Source: Methanotrichaceae archaeon (lineage in GTDB: Archaea; Halobacteriota; Methanosarcinia; Methanotrichales; Methanotrichaceae). Taken from it: a stretch of 64,000 nucleotides of DNA. The notes below the pieces were generated by a model. It did not search any database. It saw only the letters and a list, made by a program, of their open reading frames with translations, and was not told the origin of the DNA. Positions 10,540 through 20,553 of the stretch are shown in pieces; position 1 is the first letter of the stretch, and every line of letters begins with the position of its first letter. The position numbers were made by a program, and so were the translations under genes. The stretch is taken from NCBI GenBank assembly GCA_963803145.1, contig CAWDLW010000017.1, positions 128,001 through 192,000 on the forward strand, in the 5' to 3' direction.

Positions 10540-10557
10540 TCGACTGATTATCAGTCA
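10540..10557. promoter_or_regulatory. Second copy of the TetR-type operator upstream of the CDF-USP genes
   Basis: TCGACTGATTATCAGTCA immediately after TTTATATTATAAAA. Confidence 0.7.
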
Positions 10558-10580
10558 GATATTTGGATAGGATCTTCGAT

Positions 10581-11561
10581 ATGGTGAGTGAGCAGGAAAT
10601 AGAGGATAAGCGGAAAGTATCAGTCGCGTTACTATCGGTGGCATCAAACAGCATCCTTGTGCTGCTTAAACTGATAGTAGGCTTAATGATTGGATCTGTA
10701 TCAGTGATCTCTGAGGCGATCCACTCCAGCGTGGATCTTCTAGCTGCCTTGATAGCAATGCTCGCGGTGAAGACATCCGGAAAACCCGCAGACAAGGATC
10801 ATCCATTCGGGCACGGCAAGTTTGAGAACATTTCAGGCACTGTAGAGGCTTTGCTTATATTTGTGGCAGCCGCATGGATCATCTTCGAGGCTATACAGAA
10901 GCTACAAAATGCAACGCCCTTGGATGAGGCTGGGTGGGGCGTTGCAGTTATGCTAATATCCGCAGCAGCAAACATCATTGTCTCACGCAGGCTTTTTCAT
11001 GTGGGCAAGGAGACTGATTCTGTTGCATTGCAGGCAGACGCTTGGCATCTGCGCACCGATATTTACACCTCGATTGGCGTGATGTTCGGCCTTGGGATAG
11101 TCTGGATCGGAGGGATACTAGCACCTGGGCTGGATCTTCGGTGGATCGATCCTCTTGTGGCGATATTTGTGGCGCTTCTTATCATAAGGGCCGCATATCA
11201 CCTGGTAATCGAATCGGCACGCGATCTTCTGGATGCAAGCCTTCCCCCTGATGAGGAGGATACGATCAGAAGGCACATTAAGGCATTTGCTCCGACAGTT
11301 CGTGGCGTCCATAGATTGCGGACGCGAAAGTCGGGCTCCTACAGGTTTGTGGAGTTCCACGTACGTGTTGACGCTAATATGTCAATAGATGAGTCTCACA
11401 GGATCGCTGATATGATGACCTGTTCCATAAAGCAATGCTATCCTGGCACCACTGTTACTATTCACATAGAGCCCTGCAATTGCGCCTTGGCCAAAGATGA
11501 CTCCTGCGGTTGCCTATTGAGTGATGAGGAGAAGAGGAATATCCAGATGAAAGATAGCTAA
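10581..11561 (+). CDS. Cation diffusion facilitator (FieF-like) with Cys-rich tail
   Basis: SEAIHSSVD, PADKDHPFGHGKFE, ADAWHLRTD and HIEP motifs. Confidence 0.92.
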   Translation: MVSEQEIEDKRKVSVALLSVASNSILVLLKLIVGLMIGSVSVISEAIHSSVDLLAALIAMLAVKTSGKPADKDHPFGHGKFENISGTVEALLIFVAAAWIIFEAIQKLQNATPLDEAGWGVAVMLISAAANIIVSRRLFHVGKETDSVALQADAWHLRTDIYTSIGVMFGLGIVWIGGILAPGLDLRWIDPLVAIFVALLIIRAAYHLVIESARDLLDASLPPDEEDTIRRHIKAFAPTVRGVHRLRTRKSGSYRFVEFHVRVDANMSIDESHRIADMMTCSIKQCYPGTTVTIHIEPCNCALAKDDSCGCLLSDEEKRNIQMKDS

Positions 11562-11569
11562 GTGATAAT

Positions 11570-12019
11570 ATGTTAGAGAAAATAATGATTGCAACAGATG
11601 GGTCGGAGGCCAGCAGAAAGGCTGCCACAGTTGGAGTTGATATTGCGCGCATTTCCTGTTCAGAGGTTACAGCGGTATACGTGGTGGATACCCAGAGGCT
11701 GAACAGCCTGCACGGCTATACATCCCTTCCGGGCTTGAAAGACAGGCTCCTTGATATGATGCTTCGGGAAGGCGAATCTGCTACGTCAGAGGTAGCTAAG
11801 ATGGCATCCGATGTGGGGCTCTCCTCAAACAAGGTAGTTGCAGAGGGAGATCCAAGCTCAGAGCTTCTCAGGATTTCTCAAGAATCATGTATTGATCTGC
11901 TAGTCATAGGAGGCATCGGTCGGAGTGGACTGAGAAAGCTTCTTTTGGGCAGTGTGGCTGAGAAGGTTACCAGATATTCTAAGGTTCCTGTCCTGCTCGT
12001 GCCTATCATCGATTTGTAA
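11570..12019 (+). CDS. Universal stress protein
   Basis: IMIATDGS and GSVAEKV..S..PVLLV motifs. Confidence 0.92.
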   Translation: MLEKIMIATDGSEASRKAATVGVDIARISCSEVTAVYVVDTQRLNSLHGYTSLPGLKDRLLDMMLREGESATSEVAKMASDVGLSSNKVVAEGDPSSELLRISQESCIDLLVIGGIGRSGLRKLLLGSVAEKVTRYSKVPVLLVPIIDL

Positions 12020-12274
12020 ATTGCTTTCCTATGATTTGACATGTATAAGATAAGTTTAGTAGAATCCACAAACATTGATGATGGTGGTTGAGTCTGTGGA
12101 GCCATAAAGAAGACCATTGCCGTAGCGTATCTAAGATCGCTAAACAAATCTGATTATAACAGCACTAATTGCAGTAAATAGTTAAATGTTACATTTCACT
12201 CAGTCAGATAATCGATGGATACAAAATATTAAAAATGTATGCAAAGGGCGATGTAAGCTAGGGTCGAAATCTAT

Positions 12275-12478
12275 CTATTTTACTTCGACCTTCACTGGTC
12301 TAATATTTTCCCTGATCTTCTTTTCCGTTTCGGCAGGCATTTCATTCATGCCATGGGCCTTCTCAGTATGCAGCATCGCATGCTGCATGACCTCTTCATC
12401 GGTCTTTGCACGTACCCAAAAATCGCAGCCTGGGCCTATATGGCTGCAAATAAACTCTCTATAACTTTCCTCTGCCAT
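12275..12478 (-). CDS. DUF1059 small metal-binding protein
   Basis: C..IG.GCDF.VRA.T.EEV..H...H...AHG pattern. Confidence 0.85.
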   Translation of the reverse strand: MAEESYREFICSHIGPGCDFWVRAKTDEEVMQHAMLHTEKAHGMNEMPAETEKKIRENIRPVKVEVK

Positions 12479-12747
12479 ATGTATAACTTCTTCTTATAAC
12501 ATTAAAAGTCTTTCTAAAATAATATAATGGTAATTAAACAAGCGGTTGGTGGGGCATATTAATTCTAAACTTTATATACATTAGGTTGTGCCAAATAGGG
12601 TTTTGTTATAGATAGTGCCATAGATATAAAAAATTGATTTTCCGTTCTCATCAGGAACAATGAACTTCTAAGGCAACACTTAATTGGACAAAATATGAGA
12701 ACTTAGGTGCTTATGATTATTCTATGGCGGGAATTAGAACTAAAAGA

Positions 12748-13236
12748 TCATTTTTTAATTTCTTCTAGAGCCATTTTCAGCTTCTCATAAGTTGCTTCTA
12801 AATGTTCAGAGATGACCCTTGTGTCAGAAAGCACGGGCATGAAATTAGTATCGCCGTTCCAGCGTGGAACTACATGTAGGTGAATATGATCCGCTATGCC
12901 AGCGCCTGCTACTTGGCCCATATTTATCCCCAGGTTAAAGCCGTCAGGTTTCATGGCTACTTTGAGCATATTTACAGCCAGATCCGCGAGCACCATAAAC
13001 TCATTGTGTTCCTCTGAGGACCAGCCAGCTAGCGTAGATGTATGCCTGTAGGGAACTATCATCATATGGCCGTTGTTATAAGGAAATGCGTTCATAATTA
13101 TAAAATGGTGTTTTCCCCGATAAAGGATCAGATTTTCCTGATCTTTATTTTCCCGGGGCTTATCGCAAAATATGCATCCTGGAGCCTTCTTACTGAGAAT
13201 ATATTCAATCCTCCATGGCGCCCATAAATTCTCCAT
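12748..13236 (-). CDS. HIT family nucleotide hydrolase
   Basis: LWAPWR, CIFC, FPYNNGH and HIHLHVVPRW motifs. Confidence 0.92.
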   Translation of the reverse strand: MENLWAPWRIEYILSKKAPGCIFCDKPRENKDQENLILYRGKHHFIIMNAFPYNNGHMMIVPYRHTSTLAGWSSEEHNEFMVLADLAVNMLKVAMKPDGFNLGINMGQVAGAGIADHIHLHVVPRWNGDTNFMPVLSDTRVISEHLEATYEKLKMALEEIKK

Positions 13237-13243
13237 TCCAATC

Positions 13244-13873
13244 TCACATCCCTTTATCCTCAAAAACCATCTTGCGACCAATGATTTTGGGCTTGCCTTC
13301 AATGAACATCTTTAAGGCCTTTGGATACGCCTTATATTCCGCCCTTTGTACTCTAGCCTTCAGGCTCTCGTATGTATCGTTCTCCTTTACTCGCACTGGA
13401 ACCTGATATATGATCGGACCATGGTCCACATCCTCATCGACTATATGGATTGTAGTGCCGGTCCATTTCACCCCATAGTTTAAGGCCTGCTGGAATGCAT
13501 TCACGCCCCGGAAGGATGGCAAGAGGGCAGGATGAATATTCAATATCCGGTTCTTATAATGCTCGACAAAGGATGAGGACAGGATTCTCATATATCCTGA
13601 AAGGACAACTAGATCTACGCCTGCAGAATCCAGATGTTCCATCATTACCTTATCATATGCCTCTCGACTCAGCCCTGATGGGTCTAGGTAAAGGGACTTT
13701 ACGCCATACTCACTTGCGATCCTCGAAGCCCCTGCGTCCATTTGATCCGTCAGCACTATCCCAATATATGCTGGCAGATATCCTGTGCGTGTTGCCTCGA
13801 TGATGTAACGGATATTCTCGCCCCTCCCCGAGGATATGATGCCTATGATAATGGTCTTTTCCGTCTTGCTCAA
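13244..13873 (-). CDS. purN: Phosphoribosylglycinamide formyltransferase
   Basis: SGRGEN, LSGYMRIL, LNIHPALLPSF and VDHGPII motifs; TTG start. Confidence 0.93.
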   Translation of the reverse strand: MSKTEKTIIIGIISSGRGENIRYIIEATRTGYLPAYIGIVLTDQMDAGASRIASEYGVKSLYLDPSGLSREAYDKVMMEHLDSAGVDLVVLSGYMRILSSSFVEHYKNRILNIHPALLPSFRGVNAFQQALNYGVKWTGTTIHIVDEDVDHGPIIYQVPVRVKENDTYESLKARVQRAEYKAYPKALKMFIEGKPKIIGRKMVFEDKGM

Positions 13874-13977
13874 AACTTATAACCCCGGCAGAGGAGAATC
13901 CGTCAACCCGTATAATGCTTTACGATTTCTGAATCACGGATTTTAAGCAATTCTATCGAGCTATAGTCTACTGGGGT

Positions 13978-14256
13978 TCAGGCGGTTGGCTTGCTAAGGG
14001 TAATCTCTATTGCAGATACGTTGGTCTCTCCCCTGTCAGTATTCAGAGTTTCAGTTGAGATTTGTATCCCCTTTACTGATACATCAGGCAGGAATCTTGA
14101 TCTTGAGACTTCTGCAACGTCCACTGCTCTCGAAATCGCTCGACCCCTGGCCATTATTCTGACATCCTTTGCGCCACTGTTGAATTGCGTAACCACTGCA
14201 AGCACGTAGTTCATCACTGGTTTGTTGCCGACGAATACAACATCATCTTCTGCCAT
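13978..14256 (-). CDS. albA: Chromatin protein Alba
   Basis: [26 protein letters not shown] and VSAIEI motifs. Confidence 0.96.
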   Translation of the reverse strand: MAEDDVVFVGNKPVMNYVLAVVTQFNSGAKDVRIMARGRAISRAVDVAEVSRSRFLPDVSVKGIQISTETLNTDRGETNVSAIEITLSKPTA

Positions 14257-14321
14257 TGGCTTATCACCCTGAAATTAAATTTGAACTAACTACCATTAAC
14301 TACATAAAGCTGGTGATATGA

Positions 14322-14894
14322 TTAGAGATACCTACCCCGCGCCTTGATCTCATTTACTCTATTGAATACTGCATCCGCTTCTTCATACGTCTTTGCATAT
14401 CCTCTTTTGAATGCCTCAATGAGGTTCTGGGAGTTATCATGAGTGCTCTTAAGTGTCTGGAAGTAGACATGTACATCTACTCCCTGTGCCTCGATAGAAT
14501 TCTCATAGAATGCAAGCCCAAAATCTATCAAATAAACTCTCTCTTCATATAAGATCATATTCGATGTTGTGAGATCTCCATGTATGATGCCTGCTTTATG
14601 AAGCTTGCCTACCGTCTCGCCCACTCTTTCAGAAAGCTCTGCGTCAATAATATCCTTTAGTCTTTTGCCATCAATGTGCTGCATATCCAGCTCGAACTTC
14701 AGGATATTGTATATTATGGGCGTTGGAACTCCATGTCTGCGTGCATCTGAGATTATGCGTGCCTCTCTCAAGGTTCTCTCCTGCCTGAGAACTTCATCCA
14801 ACTGCTCTAATCGGTAGCCTTTAGGAAGACGATATTTCTTTACATAGCCATCCTCTAGACTGATAACAGCCTCTGCACCTCGGCCTATCTCCAT
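14322..14894 (-). CDS. bud32: KEOPS complex kinase Bud32
   Basis: GAEA, RTLREAR, IIHGDLTTSN, IDFGL and ARGRY motifs. Confidence 0.92.
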   Translation of the reverse strand: MEIGRGAEAVISLEDGYVKKYRLPKGYRLEQLDEVLRQERTLREARIISDARRHGVPTPIIYNILKFELDMQHIDGKRLKDIIDAELSERVGETVGKLHKAGIIHGDLTTSNMILYEERVYLIDFGLAFYENSIEAQGVDVHVYFQTLKSTHDNSQNLIEAFKRGYAKTYEEADAVFNRVNEIKARGRYL

Positions 14895-15922
14895 AGCAAC
14901 TCCCTCATCTCCCATGCCTTAAGCAATCCAATGCAGCCTGTGATCATCATATCTCCACCTGGGGCAGCAGCTACGGCATCTTCTAAGACGCCAGACTCTA
15001 GGAATGTATCTCTTCTCGGCCCTGTCACCATTGTAGATTCGATCTTTTCGGGAATGCCCCCTATATAAGCTCCATGGCCGCCATCATTGAAAACATCAGC
15101 GCTTCTTAAATCTCCGGAGCAGAACATACCCAGGTAGCTCTTGAGCTTTTCAGGAGATAATTGCGAAGTGTGATGCTCAAACAGAGATATGATCCTGCCG
15201 CCATTCAATATGGCGGCGACAGTATGACCATTGCCGAAGTTGATTATAAGAGCAGGCTCGATGCAGCGTGCGTCCATGCTCGCGCCGAAGATTGCAGCTG
15301 GGCCAGTATCCATCAAAATGGCCTTGAATCCTTCATTTTTGAGGTAATTCTTTACCGCCACCATTCTTGTCATATTTTCAGGCGGCATGCGATATGCAAA
15401 TGCTTCGATTGTGCCACCAGACGCTATTGCATTCGCCATATGCTCAAATCTGACAAGCCTGTTCGACCTATTCGGGGAATAGCCATGATCCTGCACTGCC
15501 ACGGCAATCTCTAAGGGGAGATGAATATTGAAGAGACCAAAGGCATTACAGAGGGCTGGAATATCGATATCGCCTGTCTTGATCACCTCCGCAGAGGCCG
15601 GTGCTTCCTCCTGGATAATGATCCCAAGCTTTTCCACGCGCTCCAAATTGTCATTTATTGTCGCTGCTGCAGTCGGCGTTGCATAGACCTTCAGGCCCGC
15701 CGCCAGATGACGCCTCACAGCAGAGACAGAGGCACCACCGCCCATAGTTGGCCCTTCAAGGAAAACATCATGGCAGCCATGTCTTGCATCATCGATTCTG
15801 CCTGCTATTATAGCCGTTTGGCTTGGAAGGATCATCTTTGTCGAGCCCTCTAGAGATATGTCCTCTCTATAGAGCAGTATGTCCTGCGTCCCTGCGCCGA
15901 CATCGATAGCTAGAAGGGGCAT
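14885..15922 (-). CDS. DUF1786 family protein (ASKHA-like)
   Basis: IDVGAGTQDIL, MGGG, AVQDHG, MDTGPAA, FEHHT and GGHG motifs. Confidence 0.85.
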   Translation of the reverse strand: MPLLAIDVGAGTQDILLYREDISLEGSTKMILPSQTAIIAGRIDDARHGCHDVFLEGPTMGGGASVSAVRRHLAAGLKVYATPTAAATINDNLERVEKLGIIIQEEAPASAEVIKTGDIDIPALCNAFGLFNIHLPLEIAVAVQDHGYSPNRSNRLVRFEHMANAIASGGTIEAFAYRMPPENMTRMVAVKNYLKNEGFKAILMDTGPAAIFGASMDARCIEPALIINFGNGHTVAAILNGGRIISLFEHHTSQLSPEKLKSYLGMFCSGDLRSADVFNDGGHGAYIGGIPEKIESTMVTGPRRDTFLESGVLEDAVAAAPGGDMMITGCIGLLKAWEMRELLWR

Positions 15923-15996
15923 ATGGCAAATTTTATCTCAAATGTTAATAAATGCATGGATAAGAATTTTATCCTTTTACGGAGATCCCTGAGATA

Positions 15997-16473
15997 ATGA
16001 TAATAGATGTTTTTATCGCGAGCACTTCCAGGTTCAAAAGATTTGGCTCTGTGGCTAAGCCTGCGGATGCCGATGATCTTTCAGGCAAGGTCATACTTGA
16101 TATGGTCAAGGCGGCAGGCTACGATGCAACTTACAAGCTTTTGCCGGATGGCATAGAGCCAATCCGTGAAGCAGTGCAGAAAAGCACTGCAGATGCAATA
16201 ATTATCTGTGGTGGCACTGGTCTCACTCATTTGGACTTGACAATTGAAGCAGTCGAGCCTTTATTCGAGAAGACGCTCCCTGGCTTTGGTGAGATATTTC
16301 GGTTACGCAGCCTTCAAGAGGTAGGTACTCGCGCTATCCTTACGCGTGCTATTGCAGGGGTAATAGAGAATAGACCTGTATTTTGCCTGCCTGGATCACC
16401 AAACGCTGCCAGGCTGGGCACGGATTTAATACTTGCAGAGATTGGGCATATTCTCACGCATATATTCGAATGA
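15997..16473 (+). CDS. moaB: MoaB/MogA molybdopterin adenylyltransferase
   Basis: DLSG, GGTG...D.T.EA, PGFGE and LPGSP motifs. Confidence 0.88.
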   Translation: MIIDVFIASTSRFKRFGSVAKPADADDLSGKVILDMVKAAGYDATYKLLPDGIEPIREAVQKSTADAIIICGGTGLTHLDLTIEAVEPLFEKTLPGFGEIFRLRSLQEVGTRAILTRAIAGVIENRPVFCLPGSPNAARLGTDLILAEIGHILTHIFE

Positions 16474-16575
16474 AGGATAATATAATATTATTCGTATTCA
16501 CTTTATAAGGTCGCAGTAGCCTTTTATATCTGTAGATTCTGATAAGGTTATGTAGATATCACGGAGAGTATAGCC

Positions 16576-17130
16576 ATGGAAACAGAGATTCCAGTTCGGG
16601 ATATAATGACCCGTCCAGTGATAACTGCCGGTGCCGATATAGACATCCATTCAGCAGCCAAAATCATGAGCACGGCTAATGTCGGAAGCCTTGTTATAGT
16701 CTCAGGAGCCAAGCCCGTAGGGATACTTACAGAAAGGGATTTGGTCAAAAAGATAGTAGCCCAAGCTGTCGATCCTAGGATGGTTAAGGTGGGTGAGATA
16801 ATGAATTCTCCATTAGCTACGATCTCTCCTGAAGCATCCTCGCGCGATGCAGCCGCCATTATGATAAAATCCGGAGTAAAAAGGCTCCCTGTGATATCGG
16901 ATGGAAAGCTCGTAGGAATAATAACAGATACCGATCTGGTCTCTGGATGCTCTCTCGGTCTGAGCGATGTTCTCAGCGATCTTCTTGATATGCACCGAGA
17001 GAGCATCCACTTCACCGAGTCCAGGGGGGTGGTGCGTGGTATTTGCGAGGTTTGCGGCCAGCTCTCTGATTCCCTGGAGAGTGTGAACGGCGAGCTTCTC
17101 TGCTGGAGCTGTAGAGACGGGAATAGATAA
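16576..17130 (+). CDS. CBS-pair protein with C-terminal zinc ribbon
   Basis: Two CBS domains (VGILTERD, LVGIIT) plus CEVC...CWSC. Confidence 0.9.
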   Translation: METEIPVRDIMTRPVITAGADIDIHSAAKIMSTANVGSLVIVSGAKPVGILTERDLVKKIVAQAVDPRMVKVGEIMNSPLATISPEASSRDAAAIMIKSGVKRLPVISDGKLVGIITDTDLVSGCSLGLSDVLSDLLDMHRESIHFTESRGVVRGICEVCGQLSDSLESVNGELLCWSCRDGNR

Positions 17131-17157
17131 ACAGTCGCTGGACAGCAGGAAATTGAT

Positions 17158-17940
17158 ATGTTGGTAGAAGATATTATGTCCAGAGATCCTCTCTACGTAG
17201 AGGATTCCACTTTTCTGACCAAGGCACGCCAGCTGATCAGGGATAACCATGTGCGCGGCCTGCCAGTCATGAACAGCCAGAGGCATGTAGCGGGTATTGT
17301 CACATCCCAGGACATGCTTCGTGTGACTTCGACAAGATCAAACATAACTGTGGCAGGGTTTACAACCGATGTGCCACTGATTACGGGGCAGACTGATATG
17401 CTTGAGGCAGCCAGACTTATGCTCACTGATAAGAGCGCCATTCTGCCTGTAATTCAATCGGAGGAGAACCCTATTCTGATAGGCGTTGTCAGCCTTCTTG
17501 ATGTATTTATGAATATTGATTCGGACAAATTACCGGATAAGCGGATATCCGAGATAATGAGCTCAGATGTTGTCACTGCGAGCCCAGATGATGCCATAAC
17601 CAAGGTCTGGAATAAAATGATAGACTCTGATTTCACAGGTCTGCCCGTAATCAAGGCTGGCAAGCCGATTGGTATGATAACAAGATTCGATATACTAAAA
17701 AGAGGATGGGCGAGGATAAGCAAGGAAGGTGATAGAAGGCCTGTTGATTCCACACAGATGCACGTGGAGAAACTTATGAGCACGCCTCTCTATAGGGTGT
17801 TGCCTGAGGACCGCCTGCTAACAGCATTGAAGGCAATGATGAACTACGATATAGGCAGAATATCTGTAGTAGATGGCGAGGGAAAGCTCGTTGGGATAGT
17901 CGATAGATATGATCTAATCAAAACCTACCTTGGTGTGTGA
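17158..17940 (+). CDS. CBS domain protein (four CBS)
   Basis: Repeated GLPV...GIVT motifs. Confidence 0.9.
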   Translation: MLVEDIMSRDPLYVEDSTFLTKARQLIRDNHVRGLPVMNSQRHVAGIVTSQDMLRVTSTRSNITVAGFTTDVPLITGQTDMLEAARLMLTDKSAILPVIQSEENPILIGVVSLLDVFMNIDSDKLPDKRISEIMSSDVVTASPDDAITKVWNKMIDSDFTGLPVIKAGKPIGMITRFDILKRGWARISKEGDRRPVDSTQMHVEKLMSTPLYRVLPEDRLLTALKAMMNYDIGRISVVDGEGKLVGIVDRYDLIKTYLGV

Positions 17941-18920
17941 AGATGATAAAAGAGCCAACAAGCGGGAAGGAGATCACAAGAATTCCGCGGAGGGATGACA
18001 GAATGCCTATATCTCCAGGTTCCAGAGACAGAGGTCCCCTCCAGTTTGATTCAAGGACTGCGAAGCGTTCGGGCAAGGTGATGAACGCAGCAACACCTAC
18101 AGTCGTAACTGCGCCTCCAACTACTACTATCATAAGTGCCATAAAGACAATGACCTATTACGGCTTCAGCAGGCTGCCCATAACCGATGCTGGAACAAGG
18201 AGGCTCATAGGCTTCGTGACTAGCGTCGATGTAGTCGATTTCTTGGGCGGCGGCCTGAGACATAACCTTCTGAGTGAGAAGTATAAGGGCAACATTTTCA
18301 TCGCCATGAACGCAGGCATTGATGAGATCATGAGCACGAAGCTAAAGTATACTAGCGATAAATCCTCCTTGAACGATGCACTGAAGTTGATGTATGAGAA
18401 CAACGTTGGCGGACTTCCCATTGTAGATGATGAAAATAGGCTCAGGGCAATAATAACTGAGGAGGACTTCGTAGCTCTGACTGCTGGACTAGAGATCGGC
18501 ATGTCTGTCGAATCATACATGAGCCCTAACGTTATCACTGCACCGGCCCAGACGACTATAGAGAAAATGACAAGGATGATCATCCAGAAGGGATTTCGTC
18601 GCATGCCTGTAGTTCAAGATGGCGTTTTAATGGGCCTTGTTACTGCAACAGATATAATGAAGTACCTCGGAAGCGGCGAGGCTTTCAAAAAGGTGGTCAC
18701 CGGCGATATAGCAGAGGTTATGAACTATCCCATAAAGACGCTCATCAAGCGCAACCTCATCACGACTGAGAAGGAAAAAGACCTTGGTCAGGCGGCAGAT
18801 AAGATGGTAAAGAATGGAATAGGCGCCCTTCCAGTCATGGATAAGGGATCTCTCGCTGGAATTCTAACGGAAAGGGACTATGTGAGGGCACTTGCTGAGA
18901 ATAGGGGGATACTGGAATGA
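17937..18920 (+). CDS. CBS domain protein (four CBS)
   Basis: FSRLPI, GGLPIV, FRRMPV and GILTERD motifs. Confidence 0.9.
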   Translation: MKMIKEPTSGKEITRIPRRDDRMPISPGSRDRGPLQFDSRTAKRSGKVMNAATPTVVTAPPTTTIISAIKTMTYYGFSRLPITDAGTRRLIGFVTSVDVVDFLGGGLRHNLLSEKYKGNIFIAMNAGIDEIMSTKLKYTSDKSSLNDALKLMYENNVGGLPIVDDENRLRAIITEEDFVALTAGLEIGMSVESYMSPNVITAPAQTTIEKMTRMIIQKGFRRMPVVQDGVLMGLVTATDIMKYLGSGEAFKKVVTGDIAEVMNYPIKTLIKRNLITTEKEKDLGQAADKMVKNGIGALPVMDKGSLAGILTERDYVRALAENRGILE

Positions 18921-19774
18921 ATGGAAACGTCAAGGATTACATGAGTACCCCTGTCTACATAATAGAGAGGAATGAGAATATACAGAGGGCTAGGAACCTC
19001 ATGTTCAAATATGGCATAGGCAGGCTGCCTGTGATGGATAATGGCAAGCTTGTCGGAATCGTAACTAAATACGATATAACCAACCGGCTCGCCCAGGCAG
19101 CCCCCGAATGGCGTAGGCGCCCAATTGATAAAATTCCAATACAAGTGGTCATGACAGAGAATCCTGTGACAATCTACCAAGATGCAAGTATGTCTCAGGC
19201 GGCTGAACTCATGATGGAGAATGGAGTGAGCGGCCTGCCGGTCGAGAAGGATGGAGGGATCATAGGTGTAATTACCTCCAGGGACATGATCAGATACTTC
19301 GTTGCCCAAGATGTCAAGGCAAGAGTCGGGGATCTGATGTGCAAGGATCTAATCACCGTTCATAGGCATCATACAATAACCCATGTTCTGGATCAGATGA
19401 ATGTCCATGGGATAAATAGGGCTCTGGTCTATGAGGACAATATGACTCCCGTAGGAATCATAACGCGCTCGGGCCTAACGTTTTCCGAGATGATGGGGCC
19501 CAAGGATGATCTTGAGCTGAAGACGATAAAGATGACCAGGAAGGACAGCGCAGCAGGCAGGAAGCAATACCGGTATGTAAGACAGGTTCCGCTTGTAGCT
19601 GAGGATATAATGACCTCGCCAATAATAACTGTGAGTCCTGATATGAAGGCAGCTGATGCTGCTCGGATGCTTGATGAAAAGCATGTCATGGGCGTGCCAG
19701 TGCTTGAGGCGAACGATATCGCCGGATACTTCTCTGCAGACGAGATTGTTGCCGAGGTAGCGAGGTGGAAGTGA
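18917..19774 (+). CDS. CBS domain protein (four CBS)
   Basis: IGRLPV, WRRRPID and SGLPV motifs. Confidence 0.9.
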   Translation: MNGNVKDYMSTPVYIIERNENIQRARNLMFKYGIGRLPVMDNGKLVGIVTKYDITNRLAQAAPEWRRRPIDKIPIQVVMTENPVTIYQDASMSQAAELMMENGVSGLPVEKDGGIIGVITSRDMIRYFVAQDVKARVGDLMCKDLITVHRHHTITHVLDQMNVHGINRALVYEDNMTPVGIITRSGLTFSEMMGPKDDLELKTIKMTRKDSAAGRKQYRYVRQVPLVAEDIMTSPIITVSPDMKAADAARMLDEKHVMGVPVLEANDIAGYFSADEIVAEVARWK

Positions 19775-20553
19775 TGCAAGTAAAAGAGATAATGACCGAG
19801 CCTGTAACTATAGATAAATCTGAAAAGATAGGACATGCCCTGGATATGATGGAGAAGCATGACTTAAGGAGATTGCTTGTCACAAACAAGAATAAGCTCG
19901 GAGGCATCATCACCACCAGGCAGATTGCCCGCATATTAGGTACAAGAAAACGCCTGGGAATGCCAGCATCGTCTCTCCACGTGGCTGCTGCAACTCTAGA
20001 GGCAGTCATTAAAGTCCTCCCGGATATGAGCGTTGAAGATGCTATCACTTTACTGCCCAAGACCTCAGTTCTTGTTGCAATGGATGGAGAGGAGATCCTC
20101 GGATGGGTCAGGCCACGGGAGATATTAAATGCCATAAAGCTCGATGGCAGGGCCAGCGATGCAATGAGGATACCTCTGACAGTGAGCCCAGATGATAGAT
20201 TGGTCCATGCCAGAAGGATGATGCTGGATCGAGACGTAGGGAGGCTGCCAGTCGTAGATTGTGCCCGCCTTGCCGGGATAATTACAGAAAGGGATGTTGC
20301 CAAGGCCCTTCGTGCATTCAGGGACCTGAATGAGACCAGCAGCAAACAGTACGCCAGGATATATAACCTCTTAGTCTCTGATGTGATGACCCGAGATGTA
20401 AAGTCTGTACGGATGGATACATCACTTGAGGATGTTAAAAATATAATATTGACTGAGAATAGGGGAGGACTACCGGTACTAAATGAGAAGGACGAGCTTG
20501 TGGGAATGATCACCAGGAGGTCCATCATCGATTATCTGGCGAGGACCAGATGA
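19765..20553 (+). CDS. CBS domain protein (four CBS)
   Basis: VGRLPV, GIITERD and GGLPV motifs. Confidence 0.9.
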   Translation: MEVMQVKEIMTEPVTIDKSEKIGHALDMMEKHDLRRLLVTNKNKLGGIITTRQIARILGTRKRLGMPASSLHVAAATLEAVIKVLPDMSVEDAITLLPKTSVLVAMDGEEILGWVRPREILNAIKLDGRASDAMRIPLTVSPDDRLVHARRMMLDRDVGRLPVVDCARLAGIITERDVAKALRAFRDLNETSSKQYARIYNLLVSDVMTRDVKSVRMDTSLEDVKNIILTENRGGLPVLNEKDELVGMITRRSIIDYLARTR

